From NCBI GenBank assembly GCA_963745035.1, contig CAVUVW010000020.1, positions 84,940 through 148,939 on the forward strand: 64,000 bases of DNA. Reading direction: 5' to 3'. Source of the stretch: an uncultured delta proteobacterium (lineage in GTDB: Bacteria; Desulfobacterota; Binatia; UBA9968). Under the pieces are notes generated by a model. The model had not been told where the DNA came from and did no database searches. It was given only the letters and a program-made list of their open reading frames with translations. Position numbers and translations under genes: made by a program. This document shows, in pieces, positions 63,888 through 64,000 of the stretch (position 1 is the stretch's first letter; every line of letters begins with the position of its first letter).

Positions 63888-64000
63888 GAGGCACCTCGCT
63901 CAATGATCAACAATATACAGATGATAAATCGACTTGCCTCAACCAGGAACCAACATCCGTTTGATCGCCGTGCGCGCTTTCCGTTTTGTGGCGCCCACCC

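Overview
GC-rich bacterial window, probably from a long-read metagenome assembly; the gene content and intergenic repeat style suggest a Candidatus Binatia/deltaproteobacterium-like organism (inference). Part A (1-40 kb) is a large general-stress/dormancy island: ferritin-like proteins, hemerythrin, CsbD, GlsB/YeaQ, ElaB-like, YtxH, two YihY, DUF748, a CBS protein, SRPBCC, a metallophosphoesterase-nucleotidyltransferase pair, Ku-LigD NHEJ, PAS kinases and two sigma54 enhancer-binding proteins (bEBPs). The main hidden structure is 18 sigma54-type -24/-12 boxes (TGGCAY-N5-TTGC) placed in the correct orientation before most stress operons, plus a recurring TGTCCCA-N4-TGGGACA-like palindrome. Together they point to a general stress regulon run by sigma54, with one intact bEBP and one GAFTGA-less bEBP paired with a pseudo-kinase. 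Part B (40.4-64 kb, minus strand) is a surface-polysaccharide locus: Wzm/Wzt, a GDP-heptose pathway, epimerases, methyltransferases, glycosyltransferases, a deacetylase, an apparent PAS-SGNH fusion, PglF-like, DegT and sugar transferase genes. It has many frameshifts that look like sequencing indels. I found no rRNA, tRNA, CRISPR array, integrase or transposase.
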